A DNA stretch of 31,449 nucleotides from a virus. Its lineage: Duplodnaviria; Heunggongvirae; Uroviricota; Caudoviricetes. The translations under genes and the position numbers were made by a program. Positions 8,168 through 16,857 of this stretch are shown here, one piece after another (the stretch's first letter is position 1; each line of letters begins with the position of its first letter). The stretch lies in the IMG/VR virus record IMGVR_UViG_2541047798_000008. The stretch is one strand, 5' to 3'. The notes beneath the pieces were generated by a model. The model was not told the origin of the DNA. It worked only from the letters and a program-made list of their open reading frames with translations, and ran no database searches.

Positions 8168-8701
8168 TTATCTGTCGATACCCCAGCACGCCAGCGCGCT
8201 CTCCTGGTCACGACGGGATACCTGACCGTAACAGTTATTTGAGCGAATACGGCAGTCTCTGCCACCGTCCTTAATCCACCAGCGAATCGCTTCGCAGGCA
8301 CCTTTTCGATCACCTGCATTAATTCGTCTGTAAAACGTCGACGGGAAACACTTACCGGGACCAATGTTGTACGGACAGAATGACGCGATCCCCGCTTTCT
8401 GGGGTTCGGTCAGCGGCACTCTGATGTTTTTCTCCACCCACGCCAGCGCTTTATCACGCTCAATGGCGTTAACCTGGTCGCATTTTTCCTTCGACAACTT
8501 CATGCCCGGAACGACAGGTTTGCCATCCACCAGGATGGCACCGCGGCAGATAGTCCAGATACCCGCACCATCACGGTATGCCGTGGTGTGGTTGCCTTCC
8601 TTTTCATCCAGAAACTGGTCGAGAATGTCAGGCGCAGGCGCACCTGCGGCAATCAGCGCCAGAACGGCAGCCGACAGGCCGTATCTGATTTTTGCGTTCA
8701 T
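8168..8701 (-). CDS. Endolysin, phage lysozyme (T4-lysozyme / GH24 family), probably SAR-type
   Basis: Gly/Ala-rich weakly hydrophobic N-terminus (GLSAAVLALIAAGAPAP) followed by a lysozyme core (EGNHTTAYRDGAGIWTICRG). Partnered with a pinholin-type holin. Resembles RrrQ/R21-type enzymes from memory. Confidence 0.85.
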   Translation of the reverse strand: MNAKIRYGLSAAVLALIAAGAPAPDILDQFLDEKEGNHTTAYRDGAGIWTICRGAILVDGKPVVPGMKLSKEKCDQVNAIERDKALAWVEKNIRVPLTEPQKAGIASFCPYNIGPGKCFPSTFYRRINAGDRKGACEAIRWWIKDGGRDCRIRSNNCYGQVSRRDQESALACWGIDR

Positions 8702-8751
8702 GGATATTTATCAGGATTTATCGGTTCCGAATACCTGGATATGTTAAGTCT

Positions 8752-9096
8752 TCAGCCCAGCGGTGGAGTCTTCAGAGAACCAGTAATTCTTCCCGGTAGC
8801 TTTCCTTTGTAGGTTATCAACACATCCTGCGCCTCTAAAATTACGGGGCGCTTTTCCGGCAACGGTTCGTTCCATTCACATAACCCGGCAGCAACATCCA
8901 TGAAAAACTGCTTCACCTGCTTTTTCGCCTCAGCTTCGTAAAACTCCAGCGTGGCACCTTCAGTACGGTCAAGACTAATCGCCACATCTGGCAACAACAG
9001 CGACGGATACCCACCAATTTCCAGTACCACAGTAACAGTAACCTTATCCCCGTAATTATTTATCCCCTTAACAACCAGTTCATATTTTTTATTCAT
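8752..9096 (-). CDS. Hypothetical protein (114 aa) between holin and endolysin (position of ydfR in Qin)
   Basis: ATG 9094-9096 directly after the holin stop, with GGAGAG upstream; no recognised motif. Confidence 0.55.
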   Translation of the reverse strand: MNKKYELVVKGINNYGDKVTVTVVLEIGGYPSLLLPDVAISLDRTEGATLEFYEAEAKKQVKQFFMDVAAGLCEWNEPLPEKRPVILEAQDVLITYKGKLPGRITGSLKTPPLG

Positions 9097-9100
9097 CACT

Positions 9101-9316
9101 TTACTCTCCCCGCGCCGCCTTACGCCGGTCCTCTTTGATTTTGAAATACAGGTTAGTCAGGTACGTCAGCAGCCCAAACAGCAGACTCCCCAGCACGCCT
9201 ATTGCCGCCCACTGAGACGGGGAAACCCTGTCCAGCAACTGCAGGAACCAGTAGCCCGTTCCCACCGCTGACGTGGTGTATGACACACCTGTTGTGATTT
9301 TTTCCATCTGGTACAT
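9101..9316 (-). CDS. S: Holin, phage-21 S-type pinholin, with dual start (MYQ-MEK...)
   Basis: [68 protein letters not shown] is close to S21 pinholin. Two in-frame ATGs at 9314-9316 and 9305-9307; GGGAGA upstream. Confidence 0.9.
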   Translation of the reverse strand: MYQMEKITTGVSYTTSAVGTGYWFLQLLDRVSPSQWAAIGVLGSLLFGLLTYLTNLYFKIKEDRRKAARGE

Positions 9317-9392
9317 ACCCCGTCTCCCGTTATCCGGAAGCTCACAACAATATAAAGACCACCGGCACACACCGATGGTCCCTTGCGCAGGC

Positions 9393-9638
9393 TTACATCA
9401 TCATGTCGCTGTCAGGTGTGGGTTCACCGCCATCTGAAGCACTCCCGTCACCCGCGATACCTTCCGGCTCCGGAACCGCTGGTACGCCCAGCAGCTCATC
9501 CAGAATGGCATCCACTTCTGCATCAAGACGCGACTCAAGGTTCTGGCGGAGTTTCTGTTTCAGTGCGCTCAGGACTTCTTCAGAGCGCAGGACTTCCTTC
9601 ACTGCCTCAGCAGTGACCAGGGATGTGATTTCTGACAT
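9393..9638 (-). CDS. Hypothetical acidic protein (81 aa)
   Basis: ATG 9636-9638 inside ORF 9393..9812(-); sequence [17 protein letters not shown]...; no family recognised. Confidence 0.45.
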   Translation of the reverse strand: MSEITSLVTAEAVKEVLRSEEVLSALKQKLRQNLESRLDAEVDAILDELLGVPAVPEPEGIAGDGSASDGGEPTPDSDMMM

Positions 9639-9675
9639 GGGATTTTCTCGTTGAAAGGTGTTGTCAAGAAAGTGA

Positions 9676-9858
9676 CTACGGAATGAGCGGATCTTCGGGT
9701 TTGCTTCCGGCTGACTGACTGGCGCTGATTCTCTCAGCGGCCCTTTTATCAATCTGCCTGCGCCAGAAATCGCGCACTGCCCTGTACCCACCCGAAAGAA
9801 GATACATAACACAGACTGCCATACAGAAGTACAGCATTACCTGATGAATAAATGTCAT
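9676..9858 (-). CDS. Hypothetical small membrane protein (60 aa)
   Basis: ATG 9856-9858; hydrophobic N-terminus MTFIHQVMLYFCMAVCVMYLL. Confidence 0.4.
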   Translation of the reverse strand: MTFIHQVMLYFCMAVCVMYLLSGGYRAVRDFWRRQIDKRAAERISASQSAGSKPEDPLIP

Positions 9859-9994
9859 AATTTCTTACCGTTATGGTTGACAATGAGAACTGTTTTCATT
9901 TAGAAATGATTGATGTCGAAAGCATCTTTTCTTTACATTCTCCATTGGGATTACCTCCGCCAGCTTCCATTCCTGCCGCTGGCGGCTTTTTTTA

Positions 9995-11956
9995 TCATGC
10001 CGCGATGTCCGCGTTGTTCACTTCCACCTTCACACTGTCAATCAGCAGCGTATATGTCGCCGCCTTTGATATGCCTGTCAGTTGCAGTTTGTCCGCCGCC
10101 CCTGATGCCGGAGATTTCACCAGTGTGAACGGCGTCCCCCGTTTCTCATCCAGTACCGGCGTCACCTGAATGCTGTTGTTTCCGGCAAACTCAAAAGCCA
10201 GTGTGTGCCATCCGTTATCAAAGACCCCGAACGTTTCCAGCTTCGCATTCGGCTTCTTGTGGTGCATCGCGTTCAGGTTCGTCGCATCCGTCTGCAGAAA
10301 GAAGGACATCAGCATGTCGTTGCCTTCCTCTGCCAGCGTCACTCCCTCCGGCAGGGACGACAACTGCCAGTAAATGCCCAGGGCAAACTGATTCGGCACC
10401 AGTGAACCCGGCAACTTAAACCGTACGCTCACACGTCCCCCCTTCTTCAGTAACTCCACTCCCTGTCCGGCTGCATCATGCTCCAGAAACCAGATGTGGT
10501 TTTCCGGTTTATTCAGTTGCAGGGCCTTACCTCCCGTAGCCCCCGCATCACTGACCACCGCTTCAGCAATGTTTTTGTTAACATTGTCTCCGCTCGCCGG
10601 TTTGTGATAATAGCGCCAGCCCTGTGATGCCAGGTCTTCGCCGGACGCCAGCAGACTCATCAGGGTTCGGTTACTGACCGGGGCTTCCGGCTCTCTCTCC
10701 GTACCTTCACCGGAAGGTCCGGTGGGCTTCACCGTATCAGGCTGTTTTCCGGTAATGAATTCAGCGTTTCTCCCGGCATGCACAAGAATCGCCGTTGCCA
10801 GACGGTCGGAAATAATCCCACGACGTGCCCATGATCCAAAATGCGTTTTACGGTCGGCCGTCGTCCAGGTTTTGGCGTCCGTTCGACCACCGGCTCCGTA
10901 ATACCCAATATCCGCAACATCCGGATCTTCTGACGGCTCGTTGGTACCCACATTTCGCCCGTTTTCATCCGTCATAAACGGCACAAAGAAGATTTTTTTT
11001 GCGGATTTCGTCTTGTATGCACCATACACCGCATCGTATTGCGAAGAATAAGTCTGCTTCCAGTAGTAGGTCGTGTCGCCACAAATCCAGGGAACCGATG
11101 ACGGAGAGCCCCCGAGACACTGACCTCCGAATTCCGACAGGTCAGAACGATATTTTTCCACCATGGAATCAAACAGCCCCGGCTGAGTGGCGTATGCACC
11201 CTGTTTCAAATCAAACTCGCCCTGCATCCAGACCACTGCAAGCAGAATATTTTTAGGGTTGGCCTTCAGTGCGGCCTGAGTACGGGTAAGCAGGTCCTTG
11301 TACAGTGGCTTATCTACACCCCAGCGTGCCGAGGTCTCGCTTGCGCCGGTGGATTCGCTGAAGGTACCTTCATCGCCCGCCAAAAATGCAGAACCACCAC
11401 GGCAGCACGGAACCAGAAGAATACCGGCATTCGCCGGAATAAACGGCAACAATTTCTTCGCGATATGTAATCCCTGCCCCACGCATCCATACTGAGCTGC
11501 GCTGGCTTTCGGGTGTGAAAACTTACTCAAATCCTGAACATCATGCAGGCAGTGGTCCGCAGGAATAATGTCATTGTAGTTACAGGACGCACCACCCGGC
11601 GTGACAGTGCTGCGACGCGCCAGCTGTTTAATACGCGGGTCCGGACGGTCATATGTCTCCGGCAGCGGAAGCCCTTCACCATACGCCATACCGTTTGACT
11701 GCCCGGCCAGGGCAACAACAAAGTAATACTCCGGGTTGCTGGTGGTGCTGATAACTGCGCCTTCTCCATCCGACGGCTTCACCACCACAGGTGTGGTGAC
11801 ATCACCTTCCGCCGCAATGGCCTGCATCAGGGTATAAGGCGTGATGGCCACCGGACTGCCAAATGGCTGCCACCCCTCCTTCAGTTTTTGTGTCAGTCGT
11901 TTCGCAAGGTCTGACGGCGATGCCGCCCTGACCACGTCATAGTGTTTAAATGCCAT
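9995..11956 (-). CDS. nanS-p: Prophage sialate O-acetylesterase (NanS-p type; DUF1737 N-terminus plus SGNH/SASA esterase domain), 653 aa
   Basis: ATG 11954-11956 with GGGAGGA upstream. N-terminus MAFKHYDVVRAASPSDLAKRL is DUF1737-like; GQSNM-type esterase motif (ALAGQSNG). Sits where Stx phages carry nanS-p, downstream of the tRNAs. Confidence 0.8.
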   Translation of the reverse strand: MAFKHYDVVRAASPSDLAKRLTQKLKEGWQPFGSPVAITPYTLMQAIAAEGDVTTPVVVKPSDGEGAVISTTSNPEYYFVVALAGQSNGMAYGEGLPLPETYDRPDPRIKQLARRSTVTPGGASCNYNDIIPADHCLHDVQDLSKFSHPKASAAQYGCVGQGLHIAKKLLPFIPANAGILLVPCCRGGSAFLAGDEGTFSESTGASETSARWGVDKPLYKDLLTRTQAALKANPKNILLAVVWMQGEFDLKQGAYATQPGLFDSMVEKYRSDLSEFGGQCLGGSPSSVPWICGDTTYYWKQTYSSQYDAVYGAYKTKSAKKIFFVPFMTDENGRNVGTNEPSEDPDVADIGYYGAGGRTDAKTWTTADRKTHFGSWARRGIISDRLATAILVHAGRNAEFITGKQPDTVKPTGPSGEGTEREPEAPVSNRTLMSLLASGEDLASQGWRYYHKPASGDNVNKNIAEAVVSDAGATGGKALQLNKPENHIWFLEHDAAGQGVELLKKGGRVSVRFKLPGSLVPNQFALGIYWQLSSLPEGVTLAEEGNDMLMSFFLQTDATNLNAMHHKKPNAKLETFGVFDNGWHTLAFEFAGNNSIQVTPVLDEKRGTPFTLVKSPASGAADKLQLTGISKAATYTLLIDSVKVEVNNADIAA

Positions 11957-12449
11957 GAATCCTCCCGGCCGGGATAATATTGTGAGTAAAATAAGGAGCG
12001 GGCTGAAGTCCGGAAGTTACAGGACAATGGCAGAAGAGAGACGACAGCCCGCAATTCGAAAAAGACCGCGCAGTTGCGCAGCCTTATGAATTCTGGTTAA
12101 AATCCATTCGATTATAAAAATGTATATCTCATGCTGTTGCCCGAACCCACTCGGGCTTTTTTTTGCCCACAAGAAAGCCCCTCCGGAGAGGGGCTAAAGC
12201 CGCGTATCTGTATCATCATGCACATGATGCCGGGTGCCTCCCGGTGAGTTCAGTATCAGCACCTGAACCCGCACAGAAAGGATAAGGGTCGGTGACAAAA
12301 CACCAGTTGCTGATTGCCCCTCCGCACAGGGGGATTCACCATGCCAGTTTCTTTTAACAAACTCCCCGCAAAACAGACAACTGTCAACCGTCTGAATTGT
12401 GAGACATTTAAAAAAAAGGCCCGCAAAAGCGAGCCGGGAAAAATAAGTC

Positions 12450-12526
12450 TGGCGCGTTGTACTGGATTCGAACCAGTGACCGATTGCTTAGAAGGCAATT
12501 GCTCTGTCCGGCTGAGCTAACAACGC
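12450..12526 (-). tRNA. argO: tRNA-Arg (anticodon UCU)
   Basis: Reverse complement folds as a tRNA (GCGTTGT acceptor arm, anticodon loop CUUCUAA, TTCGAATCC T-loop, CCA end). Confidence 0.85.
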
Positions 12527-12539
12527 ATGATGCAGATAA

Positions 12540-12616
12540 TGGACCGCCATCGGGGACTTGAACCCCGCGCAGCCAGCTTCGAAGGCTGGCGCTCTTTCCT
12601 GATGAGCTAATGGCGG
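12540..12616 (-). tRNA. argN: tRNA-Arg (anticodon UCG)
   Basis: Reverse complement gives a cloverleaf with anticodon loop CUUCGAA and T-arm GGGGTTCAAGTCCCC. The exact 5' end is uncertain by 1 nt. Confidence 0.75.
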
Positions 12617-12623
12617 TATGTGA

Positions 12624-12699
12624 TGGTGGCCCTTGCTGGATTTGAACCAGCGACCTGGCGATTATGAGTCGCTCGCTCTCACCACTGAGCTAAAAGGCC
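12624..12699 (-). tRNA. ileZ: tRNA with CAU anticodon, ileX/ileZ-like (tRNA-Ile2; Met not excluded)
   Basis: Reverse complement GGCCTTTTAGCTCAGTGGTGAGAGCGAGCGACTCATAATCGC...GGGCCACCA closely resembles E. coli ileX. Confidence 0.8.
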
Positions 12700-12725
12700 G
12701 GGCCGAAAATAATAATCAGATGAAA

Positions 12726-13439
12726 TCAAAAATCAAGCCCTTGCATAGATACATATCTGTCTGGCGGGAAGCCATAATAGCGGTGAAATACAGAGATAAA
12801 GTAGGATCTACTTGAATAACCGCATTTTGCTGCTACAGCCTGTCCATATCCATGCCGGGAACATAACATATTTACAGCAACCCGCATCCGTTCCTCAAGT
12901 AACAAATTACTGAACCTGAGACCTTCATCCTTGAGTTTTTTCTTTAACAAGCTCTCACTCATATGCAACTGTAGAGCAATCGCACCAAGCGTCCAGCTTG
13001 CTGATATATCTGTTTGAATTATCGCTCTGACTTTGGCACTTATACTGGATACACATCCACTTAAAAATAATGACATCCGTTCATCTGATTCAAACAGCGA
13101 CAGGCAGGCCATCATAAGAAACATATCCGTGGTCTCTCCGGAAAGTCTCTGACTGGTAATTAAAGCCACAGTCAACGCAGGATTGTTGGGTTCCAGCAAC
13201 AAGTAAAGCGGAATGTCAGTCAGAGGACCTCTCGTCAGCTTATGCTGGCTTTCCAGATATTGACTTACTATAGAATGGCTTATATCGACAATTTTAACTT
13301 TGCCATAATGCATAAGGAAAAGCTCCCTGATGCATTTGGTGGCCAGAACGACTGAGCCGGGCTTAAGTGACAATGTATCCTTTTCAAGAAAAATATTAAT
13401 TGGGGAACAAACCATGATAACTGAACAGATAGCAGTCAT
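12726..13439 (-). CDS. AraC-family transcriptional regulator (237 aa), AT-rich moron
   Basis: C-terminal AraC-type double HTH (WTLGAIALQLHMSESLLKKKLKDEGLRFSNLLLEERMRVAVNML...CGYSSRSYFISVFHRYYGFPP). ATG 13437-13439 without a strong SD. Confidence 0.75.
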   Translation of the reverse strand: MTAICSVIMVCSPINIFLEKDTLSLKPGSVVLATKCIRELFLMHYGKVKIVDISHSIVSQYLESQHKLTRGPLTDIPLYLLLEPNNPALTVALITSQRLSGETTDMFLMMACLSLFESDERMSLFLSGCVSSISAKVRAIIQTDISASWTLGAIALQLHMSESLLKKKLKDEGLRFSNLLLEERMRVAVNMLCSRHGYGQAVAAKCGYSSRSYFISVFHRYYGFPPDRYVSMQGLDF

Positions 13440-13575
13440 TATAATTTTACTTTAATTAGCAATCGGTTAGCTTAATTATAGCCCCAAAAAGTAAATTCTC
13501 ATCAACACATAAGCAAATGACTGACAGGTGCCGCTAACACCCACCAGCCGCCCATTTACCACAAATAAAAAACCT

Positions 13576-13773
13576 TCAGGACTGAAGGACTCTGTAACAA
13601 CCAAACTGATAGTCTGCCAGACCCGCCATAACCAGCTGGGTCAGTATTAACTGGCAGCGTTCGCGTGAAAGGTAAGTATTCTGCGCAATCTCCCCGACTG
13701 TCGCCGGGTCGGTGACGCTTAATTCATTAAACACCACTCTGGCGGTTTCTGTCATATCCTGCTGTTTTAGCAT
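13576..13773 (-). CDS. Small winged-helix regulator, PapI/FaeA-like (about 65 aa)
   Basis: Start placed at ATG 13771-13773 (alternative ATG 13753-13755). VVFNELSVTDPATVGEIAQNTYLSRERCQLILTQLVMAGL resembles PapI-family regulators. Confidence 0.5.
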   Translation of the reverse strand: MLKQQDMTETARVVFNELSVTDPATVGEIAQNTYLSRERCQLILTQLVMAGLADYQFGCYRVLQS

Positions 13774-13895
13774 GTCTTTTTCCCTTTTCCGGTTAACGTG
13801 ACACACCAATAACTCTTGTCGAAAAAGCCAGCAAGCTGAAAGACAGGTATTCACCGCCACCAGCGCGTTTACTGTACTGACGCGATTTCAGTCAT

Positions 13896-13919
13896 AAAAA
13901 ACCCGCCAGGCGGCGGGGT
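13896..13919 (-). terminator. Intrinsic terminator downstream of Q (tR'-like)
   Basis: Minus-strand RNA CCCGCC-GCCU-GGCGGG followed by UUUUUU. Confidence 0.55.
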
Positions 13920-13959
13920 GTAAAAAATCTTCTAACGTCAGGCATAAAACGCCCATCGT

Positions 13960-13995
13960 TAGGGCAAATTTACCACAGATTCGGGAAAAATCAAC
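13960..13995 (-). promoter_or_regulatory. Candidate late promoter pR' (-35 TTGATT, 16-nt spacer, -10 TAAATT) immediately after Q
   Basis: Minus strand TTGATTTTTCCCGAATCTGTGGTAAATT; position as for lambda pR', with the terminator about 50 nt downstream. Confidence 0.35.
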
Positions 13996-13999
13996 AAAG

Positions 14000-14821
14000 C
14001 TATCTGGTCACCTTTTTCAGTTGTTGTTCTGCCCATGCTTCTTCAATATCAAACTGCACCACCAGCGTATCGTAAAAACGTTTAACTGTTTTTTTCCATG
14101 TATCAAGAGATATGGCATCGGTTACATTACATATGGCATTAAATGCCTCCGTTGAAGGTAATCTTTCATAGCCACGCCCACCACAACGCTGACAGTTTCT
14201 GAAAACCGGCACACCCTGTTTTTCAGACTCTTCACGATGAATGGCAACACCGCGCCCACGACAATCTTTACAGGCAGTGGATACCTCTCCCTTCCCTCCA
14301 CAGTCCGGACAGGCAACTTTGACCACCTCCCTGACTTTTTTCCATTCCTCCCAGTAAGACGGATACACGCCTTTCGTACACTTTGCCCATACCGGCGGCT
14401 TACCATCCGGATACTGGACCTTGTTTGTAAAAACTATGCTTTCAATAAATTTTTCCCCATAGCAACAAGGGCACTGCTTTTTACTCGCTGCGCTGCGGGC
14501 ATAATCCTCAAAAGCGTACGAAGCCATAATGCGCATCACTACCGGTTTTATTTCTGCCGGAAGTTTTCTCAACGCCGCCACACGATCGCACCGACTGAGT
14601 GCATAATCTGCCAGTAATTCTGTTGCCCGCGCCCTGTCATTCATACTGATGCCCATTTTCCCCAGGAACGCAGAAAAACCCATCTCAGCCCGATTCTGTG
14701 TCATGCCCTGCGCGGCCATCACATCAGTGATACTCAGCGCATCTTTTGACGTTGAGGCCGATGCATCGGTCAGACCAGGGGATTTTGGGGAGTAGTATTT
14801 CGGTAAATCTTCCAGTTTCAT
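14000..14821 (-). CDS. Q: Late-gene antiterminator Q (QuuQ-type, zinc-ribbon), 273 aa
   Basis: LPKYYSPKSP, ITDVMAAQGM, RSAASK and CxxC...CxxC blocks match Qin QuuQ as recalled. ATG 14819-14821 overlaps the rusA stop (ATGA). Confidence 0.8.
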   Translation of the reverse strand: MKLEDLPKYYSPKSPGLTDASASTSKDALSITDVMAAQGMTQNRAEMGFSAFLGKMGISMNDRARATELLADYALSRCDRVAALRKLPAEIKPVVMRIMASYAFEDYARSAASKKQCPCCYGEKFIESIVFTNKVQYPDGKPPVWAKCTKGVYPSYWEEWKKVREVVKVACPDCGGKGEVSTACKDCRGRGVAIHREESEKQGVPVFRNCQRCGGRGYERLPSTEAFNAICNVTDAISLDTWKKTVKRFYDTLVVQFDIEEAWAEQQLKKVTR

Positions 14822-15192
14822 TTTTTGACCTGCTCTTCATGCATTATGGGGTAAATCTTCACCCCCAGACGTCCACCAGATACTGGCTGACCACGAACGA
14901 TATTGATTTCATCAAACTGCTCATCGTCCATTAACACTCCCGCATGCGTCAGCGCATCCAGCGGTGCTTTCAGGATATTGTCCAGGTCGCGACGACGCTT
15001 ATCCGGTGGCTCTGCAATCACCTTTATCGCCAGCCTTCCGGACAGGCTTAATTTCAGCCGCTGCTGGCGAACAATAAGCGCCACATCACGGCGATAACGC
15101 TCACCGACTTTTGATACAAAATATGTGCTGCCACGGCGTCGCCAGTAAGTGTTCACCGTCGGCGGGTAAGGTAAAACCAAATCTATGAGCAT
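14818..15192 (-). CDS. rusA: Holliday junction resolvase RusA
   Basis: PPTVNTYWRRRG...RRRDLDN...AL...G...DD RusA motifs; 124 aa. Confidence 0.85.
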   Translation of the reverse strand: MLIDLVLPYPPTVNTYWRRRGSTYFVSKVGERYRRDVALIVRQQRLKLSLSGRLAIKVIAEPPDKRRRDLDNILKAPLDALTHAGVLMDDEQFDEINIVRGQPVSGGRLGVKIYPIMHEEQVKK

Positions 15193-15204
15193 CAGTCACC
15201 TCTT

Positions 15205-16254
15205 TTACCCAAGCACGCCAGTTGCAAAGGCGTGATCAAGAAAACGAAAAATTAAATCAACCTGAGAACCATGCTTTTCTTCGAACGCCAGCGGATCCGC
15301 ATGAAGATCGTTGTGATGCTCCCGACACAGCGGTAGCGTGAAAATATCGTGAGATTTTGTCCCCATTCCGCCCTGACCATGACCAATCAGGTGATGGGGA
15401 TCGTCGGCTGGCTTACCACAACACGCACACGGCTGTGTCTTCACCCAGCGAGTGTATTTCTCGTTAACCCAGCGGCGACGTTTAGGTCGTTTCATGAAAG
15501 ATTCCGGAGACTCAGGATCAACGGCAATGCTGACCACCGTCTTTTCCTGTGGTGGGTTCTGTTGCTGGTGGGCGTGAGGCAGCGGCGCAATATTTTTTGT
15601 GCGCTGTTTCAGTATGCTGGTGGCGGTCTGCTCTCCCGGTACGATGTCGCTTTCACGGTACATTGAGCGGATTTTTTCCGCACGCAACCCCAGCGAACGA
15701 CGTAATACCACTTCCGGTAGCGCGTCCGCCACCTGATTGCGGACCGCCCACCAGGATAATTCAGCCAGCGATAATTCCCGTTCCTGCGAGCCATTCATTG
15801 CATGGCGTATGACGTCAATCATCCATGCAGACAGGTTTTGGTGAGCAAGTTGCCCGAGTGATTCGGAGGTCTGGTCGCGCAGCTGGTTATCGCAGTGCCA
15901 GCACAACACCATTGCGCCGGTACCATAACGGTGAATGACGGTTTCACTGTGGTGATAATCGCCGTGTGGCCACTGGCAGGATTTAACATGGCGCAGTAAC
16001 CAGTCAGACAATGCGCCAGCACCACCAGCAGCACGAATCACTCGTTCGTCGCTGAAAAATGGCAGTAATGATTTATCCTCCGCCAGCGGCTGGCGAACGG
16101 CAGGAACGACCCCGGACGGCAGATTACGCATGCTTTTCGGTTCCGGCTCCACCAGTACCCGGGTATTGTGGAATACCGGCATGGATTCACGGCCCGGCTT
16201 AACGATCACCAGCCCGAGTTCCGGTACCAGAACAGGTCGAAGTAATACCCGCAC
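15205..16254 (-). CDS. ydfU: DUF968 nin-region protein (YdfU-like), 349 aa, GTG start
   Basis: Length and position (between a small upstream gene and rusA) match Qin ydfU. Zinc-finger/HNH-like CACCGKPADDPHHL...CREHH near the C-terminus. GTG at 16252-16254. Confidence 0.6.
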   Translation of the reverse strand: MRVLLRPVLVPELGLVIVKPGRESMPVFHNTRVLVEPEPKSMRNLPSGVVPAVRQPLAEDKSLLPFFSDERVIRAAGGAGALSDWLLRHVKSCQWPHGDYHHSETVIHRYGTGAMVLCWHCDNQLRDQTSESLGQLAHQNLSAWMIDVIRHAMNGSQERELSLAELSWWAVRNQVADALPEVVLRRSLGLRAEKIRSMYRESDIVPGEQTATSILKQRTKNIAPLPHAHQQQNPPQEKTVVSIAVDPESPESFMKRPKRRRWVNEKYTRWVKTQPCACCGKPADDPHHLIGHGQGGMGTKSHDIFTLPLCREHHNDLHADPLAFEEKHGSQVDLIFRFLDHAFATGVLG

Positions 16255-16255
16255 G

Positions 16256-16534
16256 TTACCTCCAGATGCGTTGCTGGAATGTGCGGGACGGACGCGGTGG
16301 GCGCTCGGAGTACGGCAGCCTGACGTAGATTATCCAGTGACGATAATCGAGGCTGAGGGCTTTCTTAACCTCGTATCCACGCCTGCGGTAACACTGAATT
16401 ATCCATTCAGCCTGCTCTTCAGTGCATGGAGGATGCTGGAACCAGTCTGATTTGAATGCGTGAAAACGCCGTCCGCACCTGCTAGCAAAGACGGCAGAAT
16501 CATTAGAATTGTGTAATTTGGTATCGTGCGCCAT
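16256..16534 (-). CDS. Hypothetical protein (92 aa), position of rem in Qin
   Basis: ATG 16532-16534 inside ORF 16256..16663(-); its stop is adjacent to the ydfU-like start. Confidence 0.45.
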   Translation of the reverse strand: MAHDTKLHNSNDSAVFASRCGRRFHAFKSDWFQHPPCTEEQAEWIIQCYRRRGYEVKKALSLDYRHWIIYVRLPYSERPPRPSRTFQQRIWR

Positions 16535-16701
16535 CGGTTGTCTCTGCTGGCGCAGCAGGTGCCAGTTGTTCAAGCTGGCGTGCGAATTGTAAACCAGAAT
16601 GCCAGGAAAAAACAAAACCCGCCGAAGCGGGTTAAGTGCGGGTGCGTTGAGGATGCCTGACACATCAGAGGTGGCGAGGGATTTCTCCCCCGCCTGGTCT
16701 C

Positions 16702-16857
16702 TTACTCCTCAGGTTCGTAAGCTGTGAAGACAGCGACCTCCGTCTGGCCGGTTCGGATTCGTACCTCGCAGAGGTCTTTCCTCGTTACCAGTGCCGTCAC
16801 TATGACGGTTAAACAGATGACGATCAGGGCGATTAGCATCGCCTTTTGCTGCTTCAT
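16702..16857 (-). CDS. hokD: Hok-family type I toxin (HokD/RelF-like), 51 aa
   Basis: MKQQKAMLIALIVICLTVIVTALVTRKDLCEVRIRTGQTEVAVFTAYEPEE is a Hok-family sequence. ATG 16855-16857. No relBE genes are present upstream. Confidence 0.85.
   Translation of the reverse strand: MKQQKAMLIALIVICLTVIVTALVTRKDLCEVRIRTGQTEVAVFTAYEPEE

Noticed and set aside
9873-10419. Plus-strand ORFs (9873..10169, 9910..10128, 10170..10419) opposite the esterase gene
   Set aside because: They are antisense within the well-supported nanS-p coding sequence with no translation signals.
11957-12449. Possible Shiga-toxin (stxAB) genes between the tRNAs and nanS-p
   Set aside because: The interval is only about 490 bp and contains no ORF of appropriate size, only hairpins and terminator-like elements; no stx is present.
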